Origin: a virus
Taxonomy: Duplodnaviria; Caudoviricetes
IMG/VR virus record: IMGVR_UViG_3300020379_000574
Span: 1-44,498 of that record
Direction: 5' to 3' (one strand)
Length of the DNA stretch: 44,498 nt
This document shows positions 44,498 to 44,498 of this stretch, piece by piece. Every line of letters begins with the position of its first letter. Within the stretch, counting starts at the first letter, position 1. A program made the translations under genes and the position numbers. Below the pieces are notes generated by a model, which worked only from the letters and a program-made list of their open reading frames with translations, was not told the DNA's origin and searched no databases.

Positions 44498-44498
44498 A

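Noticed and set aside
1-44498. tRNA genes, introns, inteins or homing endonucleases
   Set aside because: Intergenic gaps are short and show no cloverleaf or T-loop pattern. The large ORFs are uninterrupted, and I saw no intein splice, HNH, GIY-YIG or LAGLIDADG motifs by eye.

Overview
This window is part of a T4-like marine cyanomyovirus (Kyanoviridae-type) genome. It is AT-rich and all credible genes lie on the minus strand. Read in the direction of transcription (right to left), it starts with the end of an early-type region: two small ORFs, a sigma70-like promoter and a strong terminator. A late structural module driven by T4-type NATAAATA promoters follows. It contains small hypotheticals, a PAAR-like spike tip, an unannotated 48-aa basic protein, a DUF2470/DRI-domain protein, gp25, gp6, a 3499-aa gp7-like protein, gp8, a 2696-aa DUF4815/VrlC-like protein, a 1487-aa virion protein, a 4012-aa giant fibre, two paralogous fibre-tip-like proteins, and neck proteins gp13 and gp14 (partial). 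Four observations stand out. (1) The giant fibre holds 11 copies of a Cys/His module that are nested inside each other rather than tandem. (2) Helical repeats with a phycobiliprotein-like KCxRD motif occur in two virion proteins. (3) A cyanobacterial-type DRI (heme-related) gene sits inside the baseplate operon. (4) A shared adaptor domain suggests interchangeable fibre tips. All family assignments come from motif recognition and gene order by eye. No searches were run.
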